From: a virus
Direction: 5' to 3' (one strand)
Length of the DNA: 64,000 bases
Virus record (IMG/VR): IMGVR_UViG_3300031519_000002
Shown here piece after piece: positions 46,721 through 57,700 of the stretch. Made by a program: the position numbers and the translations under genes. The notes under the pieces were generated by a model. That model was not told the DNA's origin, searched no databases, and saw only the letters and a program-made list of their open reading frames with translations. Numbering within the stretch: the stretch's first letter is position 1; each line of letters begins with the position of its first letter.

Positions 46721-47661
46721 TGCCAGGAATAAGCAGAAATAACGATACATCAGGAGGAGACTTACAGCCAAGCCGGGCAACTGTTTTTGCTAATGGAGAA
46801 TTAGTAATTGTAGATAATGATGGTGTAGCAGGACACGGAGTACTACCTCATATTCCTCAAAATATTATTGCTGGGTCTAATAATGTTTTTATTGGCGGCA
46901 TAGCAGTATGCAACGCAGGCGATGGAAATACGGTTTGTGGACACACGGCTACGGGTAGCAGTGATGTTATTGTAGGTGATGCCGCAGACGCAGTTGCTAT
47001 AGTACTCGGAGTAACTAATTTTAGTAGGCCAGAAGTAGAAGCACTTGACATATTAGCAGGCAGAGTTGTTGAAGAAGCTAACGGCGTTGACCCTGACCAA
47101 AATGAAGGAACAGAATATGGTGACGGTGGCATTGCAACAGTTGTCGGAGGTTCCGCTAACAGATATGCCAATGTAAGTCCTGTTAATAATGTTTCAGGAC
47201 CAATTGATGCAAACATTGCTGTAACTGAAACACCTAGTGATCAGCCTAGTAATGCTAACGGAGAGTATATACGATGGTTATCACACGTTGATTCAAGAGT
47301 AAAACCAGAAGTTGTTACTAATCTAGAAGGTGTATCGCAACAGGTAGGTTATCAGCTACAAGTGACTAGCGGATATCGTTCGCCTGAATATAATGCAAAT
47401 GTAGGCGGAGCAAAACGAAGTCAACACATGCTAGGAAACGCAACAGATATTGTGCAAACTGGGTTGACAACACAACAGAGAAAAGATTTTATACAAGCGG
47501 CGATTGACAATGGGTTTACTGCTATTGGCGTTTATAATACTTTTACTCATATAGATATTCGCGGAGCAAAAGTTGCATGGGGAAGCAATGGTAGTAGGAC
47601 CACACTTCCAAATTATCCTTGGGCGTTAGAAATACTTCGTGCAAACGGGTATCCTTATTAA
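46720..47661 (+). CDS. PAAR-like spike tip (gp5.4) fused to peptidase M15A domain
   Basis: N-terminal VFANG...GH...GSNNVFIGG...CGH..TGSSDV; C-terminal TSGYRS, SQH..G.ATD, THID. Confidence 0.85.
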   Translation: MPGISRNNDTSGGDLQPSRATVFANGELVIVDNDGVAGHGVLPHIPQNIIAGSNNVFIGGIAVCNAGDGNTVCGHTATGSSDVIVGDAADAVAIVLGVTNFSRPEVEALDILAGRVVEEANGVDPDQNEGTEYGDGGIATVVGGSANRYANVSPVNNVSGPIDANIAVTETPSDQPSNANGEYIRWLSHVDSRVKPEVVTNLEGVSQQVGYQLQVTSGYRSPEYNANVGGAKRSQHMLGNATDIVQTGLTTQQRKDFIQAAIDNGFTAIGVYNTFTHIDIRGAKVAWGSNGSRTTLPNYPWALEILRANGYPY

Positions 47662-47674
47662 AGGTAAATACAGT

Positions 47675-48109
47675 ATGGCCACAGATTTATATAAACAAAT
47701 TAAAGTAACAACAGCTAAACAAGCACAGCCTGCTATCGGCCAAAAAGCCTATAGAGGATTTAGCACAGTCAATCCGGGAAACAATTCCTTCCAGCAATAT
47801 GACATAGCAGTAATTAAACAAAATTTGCTTAATCATTTTAACATTAGGCAAGGTGAAAAATTATCTGATCCTAACTTTGGTTGTATTATTTGGGAGGCGT
47901 TATACGAGCCGTTGACAACCCAGCTTAAAGAAGCAATTACTGCAAACGTTACAAACATTATAAACTATGATCCAAGAACGATTGCTGACAATGTACTAGT
48001 ATCAGAGTATGAATCGGGTCTTCAGATCGAGTGTACAGTTACATATTTAACATATAATATTAGCGAATCCTTGCAAATGCAGTTTGATAAAGATGCTGGA
48101 TTAATATAG
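47675..48109 (+). CDS. gp25: baseplate wedge/sheath initiator
   Basis: IKQNLLNHFNIRQGEK..DPNFG motif; likely start MATDLY at 47675. Confidence 0.88.
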   Translation: MATDLYKQIKVTTAKQAQPAIGQKAYRGFSTVNPGNNSFQQYDIAVIKQNLLNHFNIRQGEKLSDPNFGCIIWEALYEPLTTQLKEAITANVTNIINYDPRTIADNVLVSEYESGLQIECTVTYLTYNISESLQMQFDKDAGLI

Positions 48110-48173
48110 CCGAATTAACTACTAGCTTTATTGTTTTCAATAAATACTTGTAGAGATTAGATAAGGATAACCG

Positions 48174-51100
48174 ATGTCATCAACCGACAGACAGAATAGA
48201 CTGCTACTTGCAGAAGACTGGACAAAAGTCTACCAAAGTTTCCGAAATGCAGAGTTTCGTAGCTATGACTTTGACACATTAAGAAGATCAATGATCACAT
48301 ATCTAAGGAATAACTATCCTGAAGATTTTAACGATTATATTGACACATCAGAGTATCTTGCACTAATTGATATGATTGCCTTCCTTGGGCAAAATATTAG
48401 TTATAGAGTTGACTTGAATGCAAGAGAAAACTTCTTAGAACTTGCAGAGCGTAGAGAATCAGTTCTCCGCATGGCACGTATGTTGTCTTATAATGCAAAG
48501 CGTAATCAAGCCGCTAACGGTCTTATTAAGTTTGAGACAGTAGCAACTACAGAAGAAATAATTGATAGTAACGGCATTAACTTATCTGATCAAACTATTA
48601 TTTGGAACGACCCTAGCAACATAAATTGGACAGAACAGTTTAGACGGGTGCTTAATGGGGCCCTGCCTAGAAACAACACAGTTGGAAAACCAGCAAAGTC
48701 TCTACAAGTTGACGGAGTACTAACACAACAATATAGATTTAGATCTACTAATTCAGATGTTCCAGTCTTTGGTTTCGCAAAGGGCGTAAACGGACTTCAA
48801 ACACAATTTGAAATAGTATCAACTGACGTTAATTCTAATACCTCCCAAATTAAGGAAGAAAATCCAGTACCTGGAAATAGTTTAGCATTTCTTTATAGAG
48901 AAGATGGCAGAGGAACTAGCAGTGCAAACACAGGATACTTTTTACACTTTAGACAGGGTACAATGCAGTCTGCTAATTTTAATGTTAGCAACCCAACATC
49001 AAATCAAGTAATTGCAATCGACGCACAAGACATTAATAATTCTGATGTATGGTTATATCAACTTGACGAAAACGGTAACCCGGAAACTTTATGGACTCAA
49101 GTAGATGCAATCGAAGGTAATAATGCAATATACAACAGTGTAAATAAAAAAATTAGAAACTTTTATGTTGTGCAAACTAGAGCCAACGATCAGATTAGTT
49201 TAGTATTTGCTGATGGTACTTTTGGAAATATTCCAAATGGTAATTTTAGAGTATACTACAGACAAAGTGCTAACAGATCTATGAAGGTTGTTCCTAGTGA
49301 ATTAACTAGTATTACATTTAGCTTTCCATATTTGGCTACTAGTGGAAAAACAGAAACTTTAACAGTTGGCGTAGAATTAAAACAAGCAGTTACTAACGCT
49401 ACTAATAGTGAATCATCTTCTAGCATTAAGCAAAATGCACCACAAACATACTATACACAAAATAGAATGGTAACCGGTGAAGATTATAATATTGTTCCGT
49501 TAACAGCAAACCAAGAAATTATAAAAGTTAAATCGACAAATAGGGTTAGTAGCGGAATTAGTAGATATTTTGATCTCAAAGATGCTACAGGAAAATATTC
49601 AAGTACAAACTTGTTTGGCTCTGACGGTGTACTTTATAGAGAAAAATATGAAAGTAAAGCGTCATTTACTTTTTCAACTCAAACGGATATTGAAGGAACT
49701 ATTGAAAATACAATTCTTCCTACTATACAAAATAGAGCAATTAGCAATTATTACTTTGCAAACTATGCAAAGATTATTGTTAGTGATCTTAGTGCCACTT
49801 GGCAACAATCAACTAAGACAACTAATAGTTCATCAGGCCTATTAAATAATATCAGTAGTGTTCCGTATCAAATTGGAACATTTACTGGTGGCTCGTTAAA
49901 ATATGTAGAAGCTGGCGCATTATTAAAGTTTGTTCCTCCTGTAGGATTTTACTTTGTTGATAATGGCAAGTTAACTAGTAATGCCGGTGCCAAAGGCGCA
50001 AGTACATACAAGTGGGTTAAAGTTATTAGTACTGCCGGATCGGGTGTATCTGTTAATAGCACAACCGGTGAAGGGCCTATTGTCCTTAATGAAATACTTC
50101 CAGCTAACAGTGTACTTGAAGAAATTAAACCAAAACTAGTAAAAGATATTACCACTGATGTAAGATCACAAATTATTGACCAAGTATTTGCTTATAAAAC
50201 TTTTGGGTTACGCTACGACCAAGTTAATAGAATTTGGCGTGTTATCATTAACGAAAACTTAAATGTAAATGATGTGTTTAGTAATGGTAAAACTGGTGAC
50301 GTAACTAATAACCAATTAGACTCAAGTTGGTTGGTATTATTCCAAACTAACGGAGAGACTTACACTGTTACTAACAGGGGATTGCGATATGTATTTGAAA
50401 GTGATAAAGAGCTATCATTTTACTTTGATGGGCAAAACAAAATCTATGACTCTTCAACAGGCCAACTAGTTAAAGATAAAATTGGTATTATGAATTTTAA
50501 TACTAAGCCCGATGTATTGACAGCATTTAATAATGATGTTAATTGGGAAATTGTAAAAGAATTTAGAAACACAGACGGATACGTTAATAGTAAAAAAGTA
50601 GAAGTTAGTTTTTACGATTTAAATGATGACGGTAGTATTGACGACCCAGATGTATTTGACGTAGTAGTTGCTCCATTAACTAATACATCAACAAAATATA
50701 TTTTCTTAAAGAAGGTAGAGTCAGATCAAGGATTTAGTAAGTATAATTTCTATAGCGACAGTAACTTAATTAATGTTGTATCTACTGAAACTGAGATTGG
50801 TGCATATAGTCAATATACATCAGGACAAGTATTTTATATTATAGATAGCAATAATTTCAAAGTGTTAAATAATAGTGTGCTAATAGTTACAGCAGACTAT
50901 AAAGCACACATTGGAAGAAGTAATTTAAAGTTCCAGTACGTACACAGTGCCGATGAAGGAAATAGAATTGATCCTAGTGCAAGTAATATTATAGATGTAT
51001 ATATGTTGACTAAAACATATGATACTAATTTTAGAAAATATATTACAGGATCTATTACTAATCCCCCGTTGCCTCCTAGTACAGATGAATTATATCAAAA

Positions 51101-51710
51101 CTATGGCAGAACAATTAACCAATATAAATCAATAAGTGATGAAGTAATTTATCACTCGGTTGAATATAAACCGTTATTTGGAGCACACGCACAAGATAAT
51201 TTGCAAGCAACATTTAAAATTGTAAAAAATAATGGTCAAGTAATTAATGATAATGAAATAAGAACACTTGTTATTACTGCAATTAATCAATTTTTTGCAT
51301 TAGAAAATTGGGACTTTGGAGATACATTCCATTTTACAGAACTTGCAACGTATGTAATGAACCAAGTAGCACCGGATGTAGTTAATATTCTTCTTGTACC
51401 AAAACAAGCAACACAGGGGTTTGGTAGCTTGTATGAAGTTAAAGCAGAAAATAACGAAATCTTTATTAATGATGCAACTGTTGCTGATGTTGAAATTATT
51501 GACTCTGTAACAGCTTCTAGAATACAAGCATCAGGTAATATAATTACAGCTACTAACACAACAAACACAGGTATTAAGAGTCAAGCGTTGACAACAAGTA
51601 CTACAACTACAACAACTACAGCAACTACAACAAGCTCAAGTAGTTCAAATAGTTCAGGATCAAGCGGCGGAAGCGGAAGCTCCGGCGGCGGCGGAGGTTA
51701 TGGATACTAA
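48174..51710 (+). CDS. gp6: baseplate wedge subunit
   Basis: DFDTLR...DMIAF...DLNARENFLELAERRESV and QNRMVTGEDY motifs; low-complexity T/S/G C-terminal tail. Confidence 0.85.
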   Translation: MSSTDRQNRLLLAEDWTKVYQSFRNAEFRSYDFDTLRRSMITYLRNNYPEDFNDYIDTSEYLALIDMIAFLGQNISYRVDLNARENFLELAERRESVLRMARMLSYNAKRNQAANGLIKFETVATTEEIIDSNGINLSDQTIIWNDPSNINWTEQFRRVLNGALPRNNTVGKPAKSLQVDGVLTQQYRFRSTNSDVPVFGFAKGVNGLQTQFEIVSTDVNSNTSQIKEENPVPGNSLAFLYREDGRGTSSANTGYFLHFRQGTMQSANFNVSNPTSNQVIAIDAQDINNSDVWLYQLDENGNPETLWTQVDAIEGNNAIYNSVNKKIRNFYVVQTRANDQISLVFADGTFGNIPNGNFRVYYRQSANRSMKVVPSELTSITFSFPYLATSGKTETLTVGVELKQAVTNATNSESSSSIKQNAPQTYYTQNRMVTGEDYNIVPLTANQEIIKVKSTNRVSSGISRYFDLKDATGKYSSTNLFGSDGVLYREKYESKASFTFSTQTDIEGTIENTILPTIQNRAISNYYFANYAKIIVSDLSATWQQSTKTTNSSSGLLNNISSVPYQIGTFTGGSLKYVEAGALLKFVPPVGFYFVDNGKLTSNAGAKGASTYKWVKVISTAGSGVSVNSTTGEGPIVLNEILPANSVLEEIKPKLVKDITTDVRSQIIDQVFAYKTFGLRYDQVNRIWRVIINENLNVNDVFSNGKTGDVTNNQLDSSWLVLFQTNGETYTVTNRGLRYVFESDKELSFYFDGQNKIYDSSTGQLVKDKIGIMNFNTKPDVLTAFNNDVNWEIVKEFRNTDGYVNSKKVEVSFYDLNDDGSIDDPDVFDVVVAPLTNTSTKYIFLKKVESDQGFSKYNFYSDSNLINVVSTETEIGAYSQYTSGQVFYIIDSNNFKVLNNSVLIVTADYKAHIGRSNLKFQYVHSADEGNRIDPSASNIIDVYMLTKTYDTNFRKYITGSITNPPLPPSTDELYQNYGRTINQYKSISDEVIYHSVEYKPLFGAHAQDNLQATFKIVKNNGQVINDNEIRTLVITAINQFFALENWDFGDTFHFTELATYVMNQVAPDVVNILLVPKQATQGFGSLYEVKAENNEIFINDATVADVEIIDSVTASRIQASGNIITATNTTNTGIKSQALTTSTTTTTTTATTTSSSSSNSSGSSGGSGSSGGGGGYGY

Positions 51711-54700
51711 TGGCACAAGATGAATCACCAATTCCGGTAAACGGAGAAAGCACAAACAGAAACACTGCTGACTTATTACCTAGGTACTTTAGAACAGTGG
51801 CTAATAAAAAGTTTCTAAGTAGCACCCTTGATCAAATGATGCAACCAGGTGTTGTTGAAAAGGTTGACGGGTTTATTGGTCGAAAAGATGCCAAAGCATT
51901 TAAAGCCGGTGACAATTACTTACAAGAAGTTAGTGATAACAGACAAAATTATCAATTAGAACCTGTTGCTACAATTACTAATAATTTGGGCAATACTACG
52001 TTTTATAGAGATTATAGAGATTTTACAAACAGTGCTAAAATTAGAAACACAGATAATAGCAATCACAGTTTGTTTAACTCTCAGGAATATTATTCTTGGG
52101 ATCCACATGTTAACTTTGATAAGTTTGTAAACTTTAGAGAATACTATTGGTTACCAGCAGGACCTAATGAAGTTCCTGTTTACGGCGCCGCCAGGAATAT
52201 TACTAGTACATATAATGTTAAGCGTCAAGACAATGTTGATAATAACAGTTATATTTTTAGTGATGAAAATATTGTAAGCAATCCTACACTAACGTTGTAT
52301 AGAGGACAGACTTATAAGTTTGACGTTAACACAGTAGATATGCCATTTAGCATTAGAACTACTAGAGATAACGAAGATACTACTAATTTGTATACTACTG
52401 GAATTAACAAAAATAATATTGAAAAAGGTGTTATTACTTGGACAGTTGATTTAGAGTCTCCTGAATACTTATACTATGTTAATGGCAATGACATTGAAGC
52501 TTCGGGACTCATTGTTATTAAAGATATTAGAGACAATACTGAATTAGACGTTGCCTCAGCAATAATTGGCAAAAAAACTTATACTATGCAAAATGGTTAT
52601 GCATTAACTAATGGCATGAAAGTTAAGTTTTACGGAAAAATTACTCCTGAACAGTACGGTAAAGGTTCTTGGTATATTGAAGGCGTTGGCGATTCAATAC
52701 AACTTATTTCAGAAGAAGATCTTGTTATTACCGCAGACTACTTAACTGATGTATCAACTGAGTTTGATAATCAAGGATTTGCGGCATTACCGTTCGACGA
52801 TGCAACATCATATGCTACACTAAAAGATTATATTGTTATTAACAGAGCATCTAAGGATAGGAACCAATGGTCAAGATATAACAAGTGGACACATAGAAGT
52901 GTCATTGAAAATATTGCAACTATTAATAATGTGCCGGTTGTATTAGATCAAAATTATAGAGCTACACGGCCTATTGTTGAATTTGACGCAGGACTAAAGC
53001 TATTCAACTTTGGTACTGAAGCAAAAACCGCAGTAGACTTAATTGATACTGTTACTAAAGATGTATTTTCAGATATTGAAGGCCAAACAGGATACTTTGT
53101 AGACGGAATTGAATTAGTTACTGGCATGCGTGTATTGTTTACTGCTGATCCAGATTCCTTTGTGTCAGGCAAGATCTATCAAGTATCGTTTATTAGTCAG
53201 AATGGCAACACGCAAATTTCTCTTAAAGAAACTACTGACACTGCTCCATTGCAAGACGAAACAGTATTATCTAAGTCTGGAGTAAAATACAAAGGTAAGA
53301 TTTTTTATTACACCGGAACAACTTGGCAACAAGCACAAGACAAGACAAAAGTTAACCAACAACCATTGTTTGATTTGTATAACGATGAAGGAACACAGTT
53401 ATCTGCATTAGAATCTAGTAGTTTTGTAGGTAATAAAATCTTTAGTTATAAAGTTGGCATGGGCGCCAATGATACTGAGCTAGGATTTCCACTATCGTAT
53501 AGAACTATCCAAAACAGCGGAGATATTGTTTTTGATTTTAATCTATTATCAGATACATATCGATATGATGAATTAGCAGAAGTTTATACAGTTAGTACTG
53601 ATACTGCACTATTAAAGAAATATTCTAATAGAACTACATTTGTAAATCAATCAGCATGGACAACGGCCCCTGCTAAATCTCAGCAATTAGTTGTTACCCA
53701 ACAAGTTGTAACTAATGAAAGAACTAATAACTTTATTGTTGATGTTTATAATAGAAGCGGCGACTTAAATGATTTAGTAGTTAAAGTTTACGTAGATAAT
53801 GTTAGAAAAAGAGACGGTGTTGATTATACTATTAATAGAGTTAACGGTTATGCATATGTTACTTTTAATACTAATTTAGTTTTAAATAATAGTTTAGTTA
53901 TTAAAACAAGTTCAAGTGCGGCAAAAACTAGTAATGGATATTACGAGTTTCCGATAAACTTTGAAAAAAATCCGCAAAACGAAAATGTAACTACTTTTAC
54001 GTTAGGCGAAGTATTAGATCACGTAGACAGTATTGTTGATAATGTTGACGGATTTGTAGGAACGTATCCGGGAGTGAGCAACTTACGGGACTTGGGCAAA
54101 GTAGCACCGTTTGGCTTAAAGTTTGTTCAGCATAGTGGACCAATTAACCTTGCATTATATAACTTGACAGACAAGGACTACGATGCAATTGAAGCTATGA
54201 AGTATTCCGGTATTGAATACATTAAATTTAAAAGAGAATTTTTAAGAGTAGCTAATGATCTTGGTGTTGATAGTACTGATAAATTGCATGTAGATAGTGT
54301 GTTTGCCACACTTAATGAAACTAAAACAAATGATGATCCTTTTTACTTTAGTGATATGATACCACACGGTGGTGATTCTAAGGTTTCGCATATTATTGAA
54401 GATCAGTCACAAACAATATTTTCATTAGCCCGTGGTGTTGACTTTACAAAATTATCACAATTAGCAGTACTTGCATATCTAAACGAAACACAACTTGTGT
54501 TAAACAAAGATTACACAGTTAGTAGTAGTGGATTTTTAACATTAGTTAATGCACCAACAGCAGGCGACATTTTAGATGTATACGAATTCCCCTCAACTGA
54601 TGGTTGTTGGGTTCCGCCTACTCCAACTAAACTAGGTCTTTATCCTAAGTTTACTCCAGAAATATATTTAGACGACACGTACATTAGTGAATCGACTGAT

Positions 54701-57700
54701 GTAGCTGGCCCTTACAAAATCTATGCTAGAGACGAAACAACAACATTGTCATACAAAGGTAAGGTTGGTTGGTTCTATCCATTATTTACTGATGAAGTAT
54801 CGGCTCAACAAGAAGACCTTAGGAATAACGGAACAGGATTGGCGCACACCCATGTGTTTGCTGGGACTAACACAGTATTTTATATGCCTAGTAGTAATAT
54901 GAATCATGCTACTAACGATTCGCAATCTTATATTGAATATCCAAATGCTCAGGCAGTGTTACAAGGACACGACGGATCAATATGGAAATGCTTTGGCGAC
55001 TTCAGAGACAGATTATTATTAGACTTAGAAAAACGAATCTACAATAACTTAAAACTTCCATACAATGAAAGTATTGTTGACATTGCAGATTTTGTTGAAA
55101 GTCAAAATAGAAAAACTGGCTTTACTAGAAAGAAGATTTCAAAAACAATGATTTCTGATTTTAACAGATGGTTAGAAACAGTTGGCACTCCTGATTATGT
55201 TACTAACACATATTATAAAGCTGGCAACGGATTTACATACTATTACGGTAGAGCAGGTAACTTTGCTAACGAACCACTAAGCGGATTTTGGAGGTCTATA
55301 TATAAAGATCTTTATAATACAGATAGACCACACAGTCATCCTTGGGAAGTATTAGGCCTAAAAGAAAAGCCAACTTGGTTTGAATCAGTATACGGATCAG
55401 CACCGTATTCTAGTAATAACCTTATCCTTTGGGAAGACTTAGCAAATGGTATTGTTCGTGAACCTAATAAAAAAGTAACATACCGAAATAAATTTAAAAA
55501 TGCACAAATATATAACTATATTCCTGTAGATGAAAGCGGAAATTTATTACCGCCTAGTCAAACAGGTTATGCACAAGGCGGCATAGATAGCACATATGAT
55601 TCTGAGTTTACGTTTGGTGACGAAGCACCGGTTGAATCAGCTTGGCGTAAAAGTTCACATTATCCGTTCTCGTTAATGACAGCTTGGGCATTGAATCAAC
55701 CTGCACAATTTTTTGGTCTAGCATTTGACAGAAGTAGAATTGTTCGTAACGGTGCAGAGCAATTAGTATATCAAGACACTAGCAAGCGTATTGAATTAAT
55801 TAACTTGCAATTCCCAAATGGCGTAACAGATAGTAACAGAGTACTTACAGCAGGTATTGTAAACTATGTACAAGGATATCTTGCTTCTAATCAAACACTT
55901 AGATTTACAGAGTACAAAACAAACCTTACTAATATTGAAAATAAGTTAGCATCTAAAATTGGTGGATTTACACAAAAGTCTAAATTTAGATTAATACTTG
56001 ATGCAAGAACTCCTACTAATGAAGGGAACGTTTTTGTTCCAGAAGAAAACTATCGTATACATTTAACAAAAAGTATTCCATTAGATGTTTACTCGTACAG
56101 TGGAATGATTGTTGAAATTACACCATCAGGATACATTGTCAAAGGTTATGATAAAGATAGTCCAATTTTTAAGTACTATCCGCCTAGAGCAAAAAGCAAT
56201 GATCCAGTAATTACAATCGGTGGCATAAGTGAAAACTTCTTAATATATACTGCTGGCAAACGGTATGAAACTGGACAAATTGTTGAATCTAGTGATAGCT
56301 ATTTCCGTGTAAAAGTATCACACACCGCAGGCGATGCATTTGATGCGGGCAATTTCCAACAGCTTGCCGAACTACCAATTGAAGGTGGAGCATCTGCTAG
56401 AATTTCAGATACATTTGTAGATACACTTAGCGAAGTACAATACGGAACTTTGTATCGTGACAGGCAAGATGTTGTAGATCTTATGATGGGGTATCAAAAA
56501 TACCTTACTAGCGTAGGCTTTAAATTTGACAACTACAACCAAACTATTCAAGAAATTGAAAACTGGAGACTAAGTGCTAAAGAATTCTTATTCTGGACAA
56601 CACAGAATTGGGAAACTGGTACAATTTTAACAGTTAGTCCAAGTGCAAATACAATAGCGTTTGGAAAACCTTATACAGTAGTAGACGACATTTATGATAA
56701 TTTTTATGATTATAGTTTGTTAAAAGCAGACGGCAAGCGATTGCTTTCTGACTTTGCAACTACTGAAAGAGATAATACTAATGAATTTGGGCTTCGTGTA
56801 AAGAATACGCAAGATGGAGTTTACCATCTTAAAATTCCAGTAATACAAAATGAACACGTAGTTATTATTGATAACAGCACAGTGTTTGGTGACGTAATAT
56901 ATAACAGAGCACAAGGTTATAGACAAGAAAGAATTAAAGTTAAAGGATACCGATCTGATGAATGGAACGGTTCTTATAACATTCCAGGATTTATATTTGA
57001 TGATGCAGTAGTTACTGAATGGCTTGCTTGGAAAGATTATTCAATTGGCTCACTAGTAAAACATAAACAGTACTACTATGTTGCATCAGTTAATATTGTA
57101 GGTTCAAAGACGTTTAATGACAGTGAGTTTTTAATATTACCTAAAAAGCCAGAACAAGGATTATTGCCAAACCTCGACTACAAGGCTAAGCAATTTGCAG
57201 ACTTCTTTGATCTAGATAGTGATAATTTTGACATTGAACAACAGCGTTTAGCACAACACACAATTGGATATCAAAAACGTAAGTACCTTGAAAATATTAT
57301 TACAGATGATGTAAGTCAGTTTAAATTTTATCAAGGAGCAATTCAAGATAAGGGTACTAAAAATGTTCTTACTAAATTGTTTGATAAACTTGGAAGCGCA
57401 AGTAAAGACAGCTTAGAGTTTTATGAAGAATGGGCAATCCGTGCAGGACGTTACGGTGCAACTGACGGTGACGATCAATTTGATGTATTACTTAACGAAG
57501 CAACGTATAGACAAGAACCTCAATTAGTTGAATTAGTTGATGTAGTTGATCCACAAGACACAAGTTTAATTTATAGATTAGACCGTAATAACATTTACGT
57601 TAAATCTAAAGATTATACGCACACACCGTTCCCAACTAAGTTCTTTAATGATGATAATAGTTACACACAAACAGCAGGATACGTTAATCCTTCTGATGTT

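Noticed and set aside
23752-47674. Longer N-termini in the ORF track for 23134..23802, 35468..35986 and 47639..48109
   Set aside because: The extensions overlap leaders or neighbouring genes; the downstream ATGs (23751, 35902, 47675) fit ribosome-site or promoter positions better
39924-51710. Bacterial T6SS or extracellular contractile injection system
   Set aside because: Capsid, portal, protease, gp46/47 and gp55 genes in the same window show it is a phage baseplate
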